The notes beneath the pieces are model-generated. The model did no database searches. It worked only from the letters and a program-made list of their open reading frames with translations, and was not told the origin of the DNA. From Labilibaculum antarcticum (GTDB lineage Bacteria; Bacteroidota; Bacteroidia; Bacteroidales; Marinifilaceae): DNA of 64,000 nt. The stretch is taken from NCBI RefSeq assembly GCF_002356295.1, contig NZ_AP018042.1:960361-1024360 (forward strand), in the 5' to 3' direction. The position numbers and the translations under genes were made by a program. The stretch's first letter is position 1. The number at the start of each line of letters is the position of its first letter. Shown here piece after piece: positions 21,606 through 31,291 of this stretch.

Positions 21606-22616
21606 ATGATAGATGTAATTGATTTTGGATTGACTCGTGATGGAGAAAAAGTACAACTATTCACCCTTCGAAATAAAAACGGACTAACAGCAAAAATCAC
21701 CAATTACGGTGGAATACTTACATCATTCATTCTTCCATTGCCAAATGAAGAAAGAAATATTGTTTTAGGTTTTGACTCTCTTGAAGAATATACAAGTGAT
21801 GATTACCTAAGTAACTATCCTTATTTTGGGGCTTTAATCGGTCGTTTTGGAAATCGAATTAACAAAGGTATAGTTACCCTTGATGGGGAAGAAATCCAAC
21901 TTCCCTGCAATCATGACATGCATCATTTACATGGTGGTAACATTGGATTTGACAGAAAAGTATGGAAAGCCGAAGTCATTAATAATGAAGATTTAAAATT
22001 AAGTTACCTGAGTCCTGATGGGGAAGAAAATTTTCCGGGTAATTTGAGTACAGAGGTGATTTATAAACTTACTGATGAAAATGAGTTACAGATTCATTAC
22101 AAAGCAGTAACTGACAAAACAACTCCAATCAATTTAACTCAGCACTCTTATTTTAACTTATCAAACAATTTTGAAAGTATTCTGAACCACAAACTTCAGG
22201 TTGATACGGCATTCATTTTAGAAACCAATGATTTTTTGATTCCTAGTGGTAAAATATATGATATCAGAAAAACTCTTTTCGACTTTCAAACAAAAAAATC
22301 GATTGACAGAGATATTGAAGATATCGAGAATTACGATGATTGCTATGCTTTTGGAGAATCGACTGAGACTCCTAGAAAAGTAGCTGAACTTTCCGATAAA
22401 GACGATGTTGTAACGATGGAGATTGCGACAACATTACCTGGATTACAGGTTTATACCGGAAAATACATCACTGCAGGAAAATTCGGACCATTCTCAGGAG
22501 TTGCTTTGGAAGCTCAAGGATATCCTGATGCTCCAAACCATAAGAACTTTAAACATGGCTGGTTAAAACCTGGTGAAGTCTACCAACATCAAACAAACTA
22601 CAAACTTATTTTCTAA
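21606..22616 (+). CDS. galM: Aldose 1-epimerase (galactose mutarotase)
   Basis: 336 aa. GALIGRFGNRI, HGG...GFDRKVW and the C-terminal catalytic region are typical of GalM. Confidence 0.85.
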   Translation: MIDVIDFGLTRDGEKVQLFTLRNKNGLTAKITNYGGILTSFILPLPNEERNIVLGFDSLEEYTSDDYLSNYPYFGALIGRFGNRINKGIVTLDGEEIQLPCNHDMHHLHGGNIGFDRKVWKAEVINNEDLKLSYLSPDGEENFPGNLSTEVIYKLTDENELQIHYKAVTDKTTPINLTQHSYFNLSNNFESILNHKLQVDTAFILETNDFLIPSGKIYDIRKTLFDFQTKKSIDRDIEDIENYDDCYAFGESTETPRKVAELSDKDDVVTMEIATTLPGLQVYTGKYITAGKFGPFSGVALEAQGYPDAPNHKNFKHGWLKPGEVYQHQTNYKLIF

Positions 22617-22625
22617 TAAAATATC

Positions 22626-22660
22626 AAAGGCTGTTTCGATAAGATTCAGCCTTTTTTTCT
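22626..22660 (+). terminator. Intrinsic terminator after galM
   Basis: Stem AAAGGCTG/CAGCCTTT followed by a run of 7 T. Confidence 0.6.
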
Positions 22661-22799
22661 TGACAAAAAAATCGTGTTTTCAGAAAAGCTTGACTTCAAA
22701 AAAATAAACAATCTGTAAGTACAATTTTATTATCTGAAAGAAAAAACTAATATTGCGACTTCAGATTTCAAACTTGTATTTAATAAGCTAATCACAACT

Positions 22800-23084
22800 A
22801 TGCTAACTGATATCATCATTGTTCTCGCCATAATGGTTTTAGGAATCGGAATTGGACTTATCATTGGTAACAGAGCCAAGATTATTAAAATTGTAGGTGT
22901 TTTAACTTCATTTTCAATTTTCCTGTTGCTTTTCCTTTTAGGCATTGGTGTTGGTACAAATAACAAAATAATAAACAATCTTGATTCTATTGGAATCCAA
23001 GCTCTTGTTCTATCATTGGGAGCCATTCTTGGATCACTAATTTGTGCATACCTTACTTACAATCTGTTTTTCAAAAAGAAATAA
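22800..23084 (+). CDS. LysO-family (DUF340) small membrane protein
   Basis: 94 aa with three predicted TM helices. Adjacent to the larger DUF340 gene, as in split LysO/YbjE arrangements. Confidence 0.5.
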   Translation: MLTDIIIVLAIMVLGIGIGLIIGNRAKIIKIVGVLTSFSIFLLLFLLGIGVGTNNKIINNLDSIGIQALVLSLGAILGSLICAYLTYNLFFKKK

Positions 23085-23206
23085 GACAAAAACTTATAAT
23101 TATAATCATATGAAACGTCCATGTTAAAGTGATTTTGACACACAGGAGGATGATTATTCCAGCTTGGTAAGTTCCATATGGCAAATCAAAAACAAATTAT
23201 AATCAT

Positions 23207-23812
23207 ATGAAAGGTAGCTTAATCATACTCAGTTTTTTTGTTTTAGGATTAATTCTCGGACTAACCCGCTTTCTTCCAGAAAGCCTTTTGGAATCAGATT
23301 TCAGTATTTATGCTCTTTATCTTCTCATGCTTTTAGTCGGAATTGGAATTGGTACCGATCGCAACTCATGGAAAGTGATTCGTGAGATTAATATTAAAAT
23401 TGTATTGGTTCCCATTTCGGTTATTGTGGGTTCTTTGCTTGGCGTTTCTGCATTTTCCGCTCTCCTTTCTAATATTAGTATTGGGGAAGCTATGGCAGTA
23501 GGTGCCGGTTTTGGCTACTACAGTTTATCGAGCGTAATGATAACAGAATTTCATAGCGATACGCTTGGCGTTATTGCCCTGCTTTCGAATATTATCAGAG
23601 AAATTTTAACGCTGTTAGCGACGCCTTTATTTGTTAAATACTTTGGCAAATTGGCAGGAATTGCTTCAGGCGGTGCAACAGCAATGGATACTACACTACC
23701 TATCATTGTGCGATATTCTGGAAAAGAGTATGCCATTATCTCTGTATTTAGTGGTATTGTACTAACCATTCTTGTTCCTGTAATTGTGCCGTTAATTCTT
23801 CAATTCTTATAA
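23207..23812 (+). CDS. LysO-family (DUF340) membrane protein
   Basis: 201 aa, polytopic, with Gly-rich TM helices (GAGFGYYSLS, ASGGATAMDT). Confidence 0.55.
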   Translation: MKGSLIILSFFVLGLILGLTRFLPESLLESDFSIYALYLLMLLVGIGIGTDRNSWKVIREINIKIVLVPISVIVGSLLGVSAFSALLSNISIGEAMAVGAGFGYYSLSSVMITEFHSDTLGVIALLSNIIREILTLLATPLFVKYFGKLAGIASGGATAMDTTLPIIVRYSGKEYAIISVFSGIVLTILVPVIVPLILQFL

Positions 23813-24212
23813 TTGATTCATAAATGAGATCAAGGCATTGACTGCTTTCAGTTTAAACTCATTTTAAAGAAGATATAGAGAATAACTTATCTATTTTTTT
23901 TACATTTACCTCAAACTAACAAAGCAAATAGTATGTTATACTATAACAAATTCATTCTTCTATATAATTGCTCCTACAAAGGTTTGTACGAGTGTTGGAT
24001 TTGTTAAATCTATACAGCTCCCCCTTTTACAACTTATTTTGTTCACCCTATTTTTAAAAGATTATATTCTTTTTGGAATTCTTGTATTCCAATAGATGTA
24101 ATTTAAGAGTTTACCAGCTGAACAAATTAGCCACATTCGTTTTGTGATTATTAATTCGTGCGTAAGTTGACTTACTACGCCACAACCATCAACAAACCCA
24201 AAACTACTTAAG

Positions 24213-25595
24213 ATGTTCTCAAAAGAAACTTACATTAACAGACGAAATAAGCTTAAAGCTGAAGTTAAATCAGGAATTCTCCTTTTTCTTGGCAACGATG
24301 AATGTGGAATGAATTATGCCGACAATACCTATCAGTATCGTCAGGATAGTACTTTTCTATATTTCTTTGGTTCGGATTATGCCGGATTGAATGCGATTAT
24401 CGATATCGATGAAAATCGTGAAATCATTTTCGGCGATGAATTAACAATCGACCATATTGTTTGGATGGGTTCGCAGCCAACAATAAAGGAAAAGAGCCAA
24501 GCCGTTGGTATTAGTGAAACAGCGCCAATGTCCGATCTAAAACCCTACCTTGATAAAGCAGCAGTAAAAGCCAGAACTATACATCACCTGCCTCCTTATC
24601 GACCAGAACATCAAATTAAACTACTCGATTTAATACAAATACATCCAAATCTTGCATCTAAAAATGCGTCAATACCATTTATTCAGGCCGTTGTAAATCA
24701 AAGAAACTACAAGTCTGATGAAGAAATTATTCAAATAGAAGAAGCTGTAAACATCACCGGAGAAATGCATCTTGCAGCCATGCGAATGGCTTGCCCGGGA
24801 ATGAAGGAATATGAAATTGCGGCTAAAGTTCAGGAAATAGCAATTAGCATGGGAGGACAAGCATCTTTCCCAACAATTGCCACCATAAACGGACAAACTC
24901 TTCATAATCACTACCATGGAAACACATTAAAAAGTGGTGATATGCTTTTACTTGATTGTGGTGCAGAAAATGGAATGCATTATGCAGGAGACATGTCGAG
25001 TACTTTCCCTGTAGATAAAACGTTTACAACCCGTCAAAAAGAAATTTACCAGATCGCTTTAAATGCTCACAATGCAGCCATTGCAAAATTACAACCTGGA
25101 GTTAGCTTCAAAGATGTTCATCTTACCGCTTGCCGCACTATTGCAGAAGGAATGAAACAAATGGGTTTCATGAAAGGAAACCTTGACGATGCAATCCAAC
25201 AAGGTGCTCATGCGCTATTTTTCCAATGTGGAACCGGCCATATGATGGGAATGGATGTTCACGACATGGAAAACTTAGGAGAAGTTTGCGTTGGCTACGA
25301 TGGCAAAGTAAAAAGCACTCAATTTGGATTAAAATCCTTGCGCTTGGGCAGAGAACTTGAACCCGGATTTGTGCTAACAATTGAACCGGGAATCTATTTT
25401 ATTCCTGAATTAATAGACCTATGGAAAGCGGAAAAACGTTTCGAGGAATTTATCAATTACGATAAAGTAGAACAGTACAAAGATTTTGGTGGTTGCCGAA
25501 ACGAAGAAGATTTCTTGATTACTGCTGATGGTGCTCGCTTGTTGGGAAAACCAATTCCTAAAAGCATCGCTGATGTAGAAAAAGAAAGAAACTAA
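24213..25595 (+). CDS. pepP: Xaa-Pro aminopeptidase (M24B)
   Basis: 460 aa with the M24 pita-bread metal ligands (HGTGHMMGMDVHD, EPGIYF). Confidence 0.85.
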   Translation: MFSKETYINRRNKLKAEVKSGILLFLGNDECGMNYADNTYQYRQDSTFLYFFGSDYAGLNAIIDIDENREIIFGDELTIDHIVWMGSQPTIKEKSQAVGISETAPMSDLKPYLDKAAVKARTIHHLPPYRPEHQIKLLDLIQIHPNLASKNASIPFIQAVVNQRNYKSDEEIIQIEEAVNITGEMHLAAMRMACPGMKEYEIAAKVQEIAISMGGQASFPTIATINGQTLHNHYHGNTLKSGDMLLLDCGAENGMHYAGDMSSTFPVDKTFTTRQKEIYQIALNAHNAAIAKLQPGVSFKDVHLTACRTIAEGMKQMGFMKGNLDDAIQQGAHALFFQCGTGHMMGMDVHDMENLGEVCVGYDGKVKSTQFGLKSLRLGRELEPGFVLTIEPGIYFIPELIDLWKAEKRFEEFINYDKVEQYKDFGGCRNEEDFLITADGARLLGKPIPKSIADVEKERN

Positions 25596-25652
25596 AGCTA
25601 TTTTACAAACATTATCAGTTACACTCCACATGTTTTCTAAAATAACTAATCA

Positions 25653-26954
25653 ATGAACCTTAAACAAATCACATTCCTTCTGATTGGATTTATTATAGTT
25701 AGCAGCATCTCTTGCGAACAAACAAAACCAAAAGATCTGCTGAACCAACTTGAGGAAATCCCAGGTGTAAGTGTGAAAAAAATTGCCGGAGACACCATAT
25801 TTTTGGAGTACTATGAACTTTATTTTACTCAGGATCTTGATCATCTAAATCCCAAAGCGGGAACATTTCAACAACGAGTCTTATTGGGGCATCAGTCTTT
25901 CGATCAGCCTATGGTTGTGGAACTGGAAGGTTATAAAATTTGGTCTGATAAAGCTGGAGAATTGAGCAAATTACTGAATGCAAATCAATTGACCATTGAG
26001 CATCGTTACTTTAAAAATTCAATGCCTGACAGTTTGGATTGGCAATACCTAAACATCCAACAAGCTGCTACCGACCAGCATGTTATCATTCAAGCTTTGC
26101 AAAAAATATATCCTGGGAAATGGATATCGACCGGAATCAGTAAAGGCGGACAAACAACCATTTTTCACAGATATTTTTATCCTGATGATGTTGATGTTAG
26201 TGTTCCTTATGTTGCTCCACTAAATCTGGCTCGTGAAGACAAAAGAATCCACGAACACCTTGCCACTGTTGGCAGTAAAGAAACCAGAGGTCAGATTTAT
26301 CAATTTCAATTGGCTTGCTTCAAAAACAAAACAAAATTACTTCCTCTTGCTGATGCATACGCAAAAGAGAAGAACTATTCTTTCTCGATGGGCTTAGAAA
26401 GAGCACTTGATTTAAGTATTCTGGAATATCCATTTGCCCATTGGCAATGGGGTGGAATTGACAGCATTCCCGATAATAATGCCAATTCTCAAGAGCTTTC
26501 CGAGCATTTGTTTAAAGTATCAAGTATCGATTTTTTTGATGTAAGCAGCATCAAACGACTTCTGCCATTTTATCATCAGGCACTAAGCGAGATTGGAATG
26601 TATAGCTATGAGGTAGCTCCTTTCAAACAATACTTGAATGATGAGAAGGATATCACTTTCGATTTTACTTTCCCTAATGAACCCATCCGGAAATTTGATG
26701 CCTCATCCATGATTAAAATTAACAAATGGCTGCAAACAGATGCGGAAAAAATATTGTTCATTTATGGCGAGAACGATACATGGTCGGCAACAGCTGTTGA
26801 TCTGAAAGGAAATGAAAAATGCAAAAAGTTTGTGAATCCTAAAGGTTCTCACAAAACAAGAATCAATAGCTTCCCTCTCGAAATGAAGAAAGAAATTGTA
26901 AGCACTTTGGAGGAATGGTTGAATGTACAGCTATCAGTTAACAATGAACAGTAA
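25653..26954 (+). CDS. Lipoprotein, alpha/beta-hydrolase serine peptidase-like (S28/S37-like)
   Basis: 433 aa with lipoprotein signal SISCEQ and nucleophile elbow GISKGGQ (GxSxGG). Confidence 0.45.
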   Translation: MNLKQITFLLIGFIIVSSISCEQTKPKDLLNQLEEIPGVSVKKIAGDTIFLEYYELYFTQDLDHLNPKAGTFQQRVLLGHQSFDQPMVVELEGYKIWSDKAGELSKLLNANQLTIEHRYFKNSMPDSLDWQYLNIQQAATDQHVIIQALQKIYPGKWISTGISKGGQTTIFHRYFYPDDVDVSVPYVAPLNLAREDKRIHEHLATVGSKETRGQIYQFQLACFKNKTKLLPLADAYAKEKNYSFSMGLERALDLSILEYPFAHWQWGGIDSIPDNNANSQELSEHLFKVSSIDFFDVSSIKRLLPFYHQALSEIGMYSYEVAPFKQYLNDEKDITFDFTFPNEPIRKFDASSMIKINKWLQTDAEKILFIYGENDTWSATAVDLKGNEKCKKFVNPKGSHKTRINSFPLEMKKEIVSTLEEWLNVQLSVNNEQ

Positions 26955-27072
26955 TCATTACTGTAGATAATATATTAGAAGTACCCAACGAATCAAATAC
27001 TGAGAATAATCGAAATTAAATCCGCTCCAATATTCCCTATCGAGAAGAGAATTTGGAACAAGACATAAGAAT

Positions 27073-27115
27073 TAAAAAAACGGATGCCCAATACTGAGCA
27101 TCCGTTTTGCTTTAT
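27073..27115. terminator. Bidirectional intrinsic terminator between convergent peptidase genes
   Basis: AAAAAAA, then stem ACGGATGC/GCATCCGT with a 10-nt loop, then TTTGCTTT. Confidence 0.6.
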
Positions 27116-27130
27116 CAACTTGCAATGAAA

Positions 27131-29962
27131 TTACATCGCCTTTTTCATTGGAGACATTACCACTTCAATTTTTGCAGGTGTTGCAAAATATTTCTTGGCA
27201 AATTTCTCTATTTTCTCTTTCGTAATCGAATTGATCATTTTTTCGTAATCCTCAGTACTCATCATGTCCTCTTCGTACACATAATAACGATTGATAGCAT
27301 TTAACCAATAGCCATTTTTACGAAGATTTTCCTGACGTACCTTAATGAAGTTTTCCTTCGTTTCGTGTAAGTCATCCTCATTAACACCTTCGTTAAAAAG
27401 AGTCTGAATCTCGTTATAAACAATACCTTTTAATTTTTCAGCTTTCGCAGGATCGGTATCAAAACGAATCAGTAAATTGTATTCTTCACGTGGAAATTTA
27501 TCTACTCCTGCACGAACACCTACGCCATAAGATCCCCCCTCTTTTTCACGAATCACCTCAAGATATCTCTTATCTAAAAGTTTGGCAACTACATCCATCA
27601 TCACTGAATTCTCTCTGGAATATTCAATATCTCCGTGAAAATCAATATTGATCGTTGTCTTTGGAGTTTCCATCTCTCTCTCAAAATGGTTATAAGTATC
27701 TTTTTCAGGATAGTCAACACCATTGTCTTTCCAATTATCCTCACGGTCGATATCCTTAATGCTTCCCAAATAAGCTTCAATCATTGGTTTTGCCTGCTCT
27801 GCATCTATGTTTCCTACAAAAACAAATGTAAAATCACTTGCATCAACAAATCGCTCCTGATAAATGCGTTTCATGGTTTCAAAATCCAATTTATCAATCA
27901 TATCTGTGTCAAACAAAATTGTTCTTGGATCATGATTGGTAGATGTCATTGATACGGAATCACTAAACGCTTTATTCACATCAGCCCCCATATTGGCAAC
28001 ATAGGCCATATATCGTCCTTTCAGTGCGCTAAAAGCTTCCTGATCGAATCGTGGCTGCTCAAAATACATGTGCACCAATTGCAATAAGGTCTCAAAATCC
28101 TTTACGGATGAATTCCCGTTAAGTCCTTCAGATAATTCACCTACATATGGTGATACCTTAACCTCTTTACCAATCAATAATTTCTGAAGACTTACCTGAT
28201 CAAATTTCCCCAATCCAAAATTAGAAACAAAGCCACCAAGCATTTCTGCAGAAGGTAAATCTTTAACCTCATATAATGAATTTCCACCTTTACTAAAAGC
28301 CTTTAAATTAATTTCATTCTCCTTGAAATCTGTTTTTTTCACAACTACAGTTGCTCCATTAGCAAGTGTCCATTCTGTAGCATCTAAACTCTTCAAGTTC
28401 GATTCTTTTACAACTTTCCCAACCTTAGGTTGTTCTGAAAGTAAAGGTTCGTTTATAACCTTATCCTCATAAGGTGTTAGTTCCATCAGCTTCACTTTAG
28501 CAACCACTGCAAGTAGTTGTTCTTTGCTTGGCAATTCTAATCCTTCCTTTTCAGGAGCCGATAAGGTGATAACTACATTCTCATCGGTGATCCATTCTTT
28601 TGAAATTGCATTTACTTCCTCTACACTAATACCGGGAAATAATTGTTTCATTGCTTCAAACTCAAACTCAATACCCGGAACCGGCTCATTGGTTAAGTAA
28701 TTTTGCTGATAGCCACGAACCAATCTATCATTGTTTTGTTTGTTTCTCTCTTGGTAAGCTCTTTCCATTTGGCTCAACATGGCTGTTTTAGCACGTTCCA
28801 ATTCCGAAGCTACAAGACCATATCTTTTGGCTCTTTCTGTTTCCTGCAAAAGAACTTCAATTCCGCCCAAAATATTCTCCTCTTTAAGAGTAACACCATT
28901 TTGAAAAACATCCATTTTTCGGGCTTTGTTGTAGTATGCTGCATAGCCACTTATAAATGGTGCATTTCCTTTTTGGAGTAGTTCGTTATAGCGATCTCCA
29001 ATTACACTTGAATAAAGATCTTCGATTAAAAGCTTGCGGTAATAGTCAAGATTTTTTTCGGCAAAAGGAGTCGCATTGTGTTTGTAAACAATTTCAAAAC
29101 CAATGCTACTGGCTTCAGGATCTGTAATTACACCTACAATTGGTTCCTTATTTTTAGGAACATCGAAATACACTCTTTCTTCTGGATTTTCAACAGCTGG
29201 AATATGTGCAAACATATCCTTTATTTTCTGCTCAAATTTCTCTGCATCGATATCTCCGACAACAATAATTGCCTGTAAATCGGTACGATACCAATCATGA
29301 TAAAAATCCCTGATTACCTGATGATCAAAATTATCAATCACATCAAGATCTCCAATAACATCACGTTTTGCATATTTAGAGCCCTGATAGACTAATTTAT
29401 TTTTTTCTAAATAAATACGCATTCCACCTGAACGACGAGTTCTCCATTCTTCATGAATAACCCCACGTTCGCTGTCAATTTCCTCTCCATCGAGGCTTAA
29501 GTAATTCGACCAATCGTGCAGTACTAAAAGGGTCGAATCCAGAAGGTTTTCATTCGTAGTAGGCACATTGCTTAGATTGTAAACCGTTTCGTCAGTGCTG
29601 GTGTATGCATTAATATTACGTCCGAATGCTACGCCATATTTTTCTAAATAATTCAGAACGCCTTTTCCTGGAAAATGTTCAGTTCCATTAAAAGCCATGT
29701 GCTCCAGGAAATGAGCCAATCCGTTCTGACTATCATTTTCCAATACCGCCCCCACATTCTGAACAATGTAAAAGCTTGCCCGATCTTTTGGCTCTTCATT
29801 GTGTCGAACATAGTAGGTAAGACCATTGTCCAGTTTTCCTGTTCTCACATTCGGATCCATAGGAAGTTTAGCATTCGTATTGTTTTGAGCCGACAACATA
29901 CCTGTTCCTGTTACGGCCAAAACAGTACAAAGACTGATTTTGCTAAATAAATTTTTAATCAT
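27131..29962 (-). CDS. M16-family zinc peptidase (insulinase/pitrilysin-like, fused active plus inactive halves)
   Basis: 943 aa with a signal peptide and the inverted zinc motif HFLEHMAF (HxxEH), plus downstream Glu ligands. Confidence 0.85.
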   Translation of the reverse strand: MIKNLFSKISLCTVLAVTGTGMLSAQNNTNAKLPMDPNVRTGKLDNGLTYYVRHNEEPKDRASFYIVQNVGAVLENDSQNGLAHFLEHMAFNGTEHFPGKGVLNYLEKYGVAFGRNINAYTSTDETVYNLSNVPTTNENLLDSTLLVLHDWSNYLSLDGEEIDSERGVIHEEWRTRRSGGMRIYLEKNKLVYQGSKYAKRDVIGDLDVIDNFDHQVIRDFYHDWYRTDLQAIIVVGDIDAEKFEQKIKDMFAHIPAVENPEERVYFDVPKNKEPIVGVITDPEASSIGFEIVYKHNATPFAEKNLDYYRKLLIEDLYSSVIGDRYNELLQKGNAPFISGYAAYYNKARKMDVFQNGVTLKEENILGGIEVLLQETERAKRYGLVASELERAKTAMLSQMERAYQERNKQNNDRLVRGYQQNYLTNEPVPGIEFEFEAMKQLFPGISVEEVNAISKEWITDENVVITLSAPEKEGLELPSKEQLLAVVAKVKLMELTPYEDKVINEPLLSEQPKVGKVVKESNLKSLDATEWTLANGATVVVKKTDFKENEINLKAFSKGGNSLYEVKDLPSAEMLGGFVSNFGLGKFDQVSLQKLLIGKEVKVSPYVGELSEGLNGNSSVKDFETLLQLVHMYFEQPRFDQEAFSALKGRYMAYVANMGADVNKAFSDSVSMTSTNHDPRTILFDTDMIDKLDFETMKRIYQERFVDASDFTFVFVGNIDAEQAKPMIEAYLGSIKDIDREDNWKDNGVDYPEKDTYNHFEREMETPKTTINIDFHGDIEYSRENSVMMDVVAKLLDKRYLEVIREKEGGSYGVGVRAGVDKFPREEYNLLIRFDTDPAKAEKLKGIVYNEIQTLFNEGVNEDDLHETKENFIKVRQENLRKNGYWLNAINRYYVYEEDMMSTEDYEKMINSITKEKIEKFAKKYFATPAKIEVVMSPMKKAM

Positions 29963-30119
29963 TTGTGATTTATTTTAGTGATTTGGTTTCAACTTACACA
30001 ACATAAGTGCAAGTCTTGCTTAAAGTAAGCAAACAATTACCTACTTAACAAATAGCTTAATGATTTTTAACACTATGTAATTACTGTGCTTACACTTCCA
30101 TTTTAAAAATAGCATTACA

Positions 30120-31205
30120 TAGAATAATTTACGCGCCAATTAACACATACTCGATTTAACAAATACGATGTATTGGAATTTGGTGGGTTTGAAATTAAGC
30201 TTACGCCCTTTCAGGGCTTAAATTATCATCTATCATTACAACGGGCGTTGCCCATTGCTAATGCTTTAGGCCTTTCAGGCCAAACAGAAAATGAACTTTT
30301 AGAAAATTACCATAAAAAACTGATCGTCTCAGATATAGGGTGAAAGCCTATGAATAAAACCAAAACAATCAATCAGCCATATAAATGTGTAAACAATATA
30401 GCAATCGCTTACTCACCAATTAATATATCCGCGATTTAACAAATACTATATGTTGAAATTTGGTAGATTTAGAAATAATAAATGAATACGTAATATTTTC
30501 CCTGAAAGGGATATAGCATCAACATAGGGTGAAACCCTATGCATAAAATCCAAAACAATCAATCAGCCCTGTAAGGGCGTAAGCAATTTTCTATGGCTCA
30601 ATCACTATCAAAAGTTTATGTACACATCACTTTCAGTACTAAAAACCGTCAAGCTTTAATTGATTCAAAAATTAAAAATTCCTTATTCGAATATATTGGA
30701 GGAATTTGCAATGGTTTAGAATGTTTTCCGGTCAGAGTGGGTGGCTATGTTGACCACATCCACATATTATGCCTATTGTCTAAAAAAATAACACAAATTA
30801 AATTGCTCGAAGAAGTAAAAAAACAATCTTCAAAGTGGGTTAAATCAAAAGGAAATCAATACAATAATTTTTATTGGCAAGATGGCTATGGAATTTTTTC
30901 TGTCAATCCCTCAGAAATTGATTTGGTAGTTGATTATATCGAAAACCAAAATGAGCATCACTCAAAAAAATCATTTCAGGATGAGTTAAGAGGTTTTCTT
31001 AAAAAATACAATGTAGAATTTGACGAGAAATATATCTGGAATTAAGCTTACGCCCTTTCAGGGCTTAAATTATCATCTATCATTACAACGGGCGATGCCC
31101 AGCTAATGCTTTAGGCCTTTCAGGCCAAACAGAATATGTACTCTTAGAAAATTTCCATTAAGAGTTGTTTGTATCTGAATAAAGTGAAAGCCTATGAATC
31201 GTATG
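30120..31205. mobile_element. IS200/IS605-type (RAYT-like) transposase gene embedded in REP-like hairpin repeat arrays
   Basis: Direct repeats of about 110-165 bp occur at 30197-30360 and 31044-31205 at about 95% identity; each carries hairpins GCCCTTTCAGGGC and GGCCTTTCAGGCC. Inverted copies of the same hairpins lie between them (TCCCTGAAAGGGA, AGGGTGAAACCCT, AGCCCTGTAAGGGCGTAAGC). Additional 65-bp repeats pair as 30130-30196 with 30413-30476 and 30336-30400 with 30523-30588. Confidence 0.5.
30593..31045 (+). CDS. tnpA: IS200/IS605-family HUH (Y1) transposase, REP-associated tyrosine transposase-like
   Basis: 150 aa. The HUH motif is YVDHIHIL, and the tyrosine region YWQDGYGIFSV resembles TnpA W-x-x-Y-F/G-x-S. 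The size is typical of IS200 TnpA and RAYTs. Confidence 0.7.
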   Translation: MAQSLSKVYVHITFSTKNRQALIDSKIKNSLFEYIGGICNGLECFPVRVGGYVDHIHILCLLSKKITQIKLLEEVKKQSSKWVKSKGNQYNNFYWQDGYGIFSVNPSEIDLVVDYIENQNEHHSKKSFQDELRGFLKKYNVEFDEKYIWN

Positions 31206-31236
31206 CTAAATTATCAACCAGCCAGATAAAGACAAA

Positions 31237-31276
31237 CAAAAAAAAGGAGCACCTTTCGGCACTCCTTTTCCTATTT
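31237..31276 (-). terminator. Intrinsic terminator downstream of the flotillin gene (also usable in the plus direction)
   Basis: AAAAAAAAGGAGCACC-TTTC-GGCACTCCTTTTCC. It is near-identical to the element at 33729-33762. Confidence 0.5.
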
Positions 31277-31291
31277 TAAACAGAATTCTGC

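Noticed and set aside
22730-23026. 98-aa minus-strand ORF antisense to the small LysO-like gene
   Set aside because: It is the hydrophobic mirror frame of a membrane-protein gene. The plus-strand genes form a coherent DUF340 pair.
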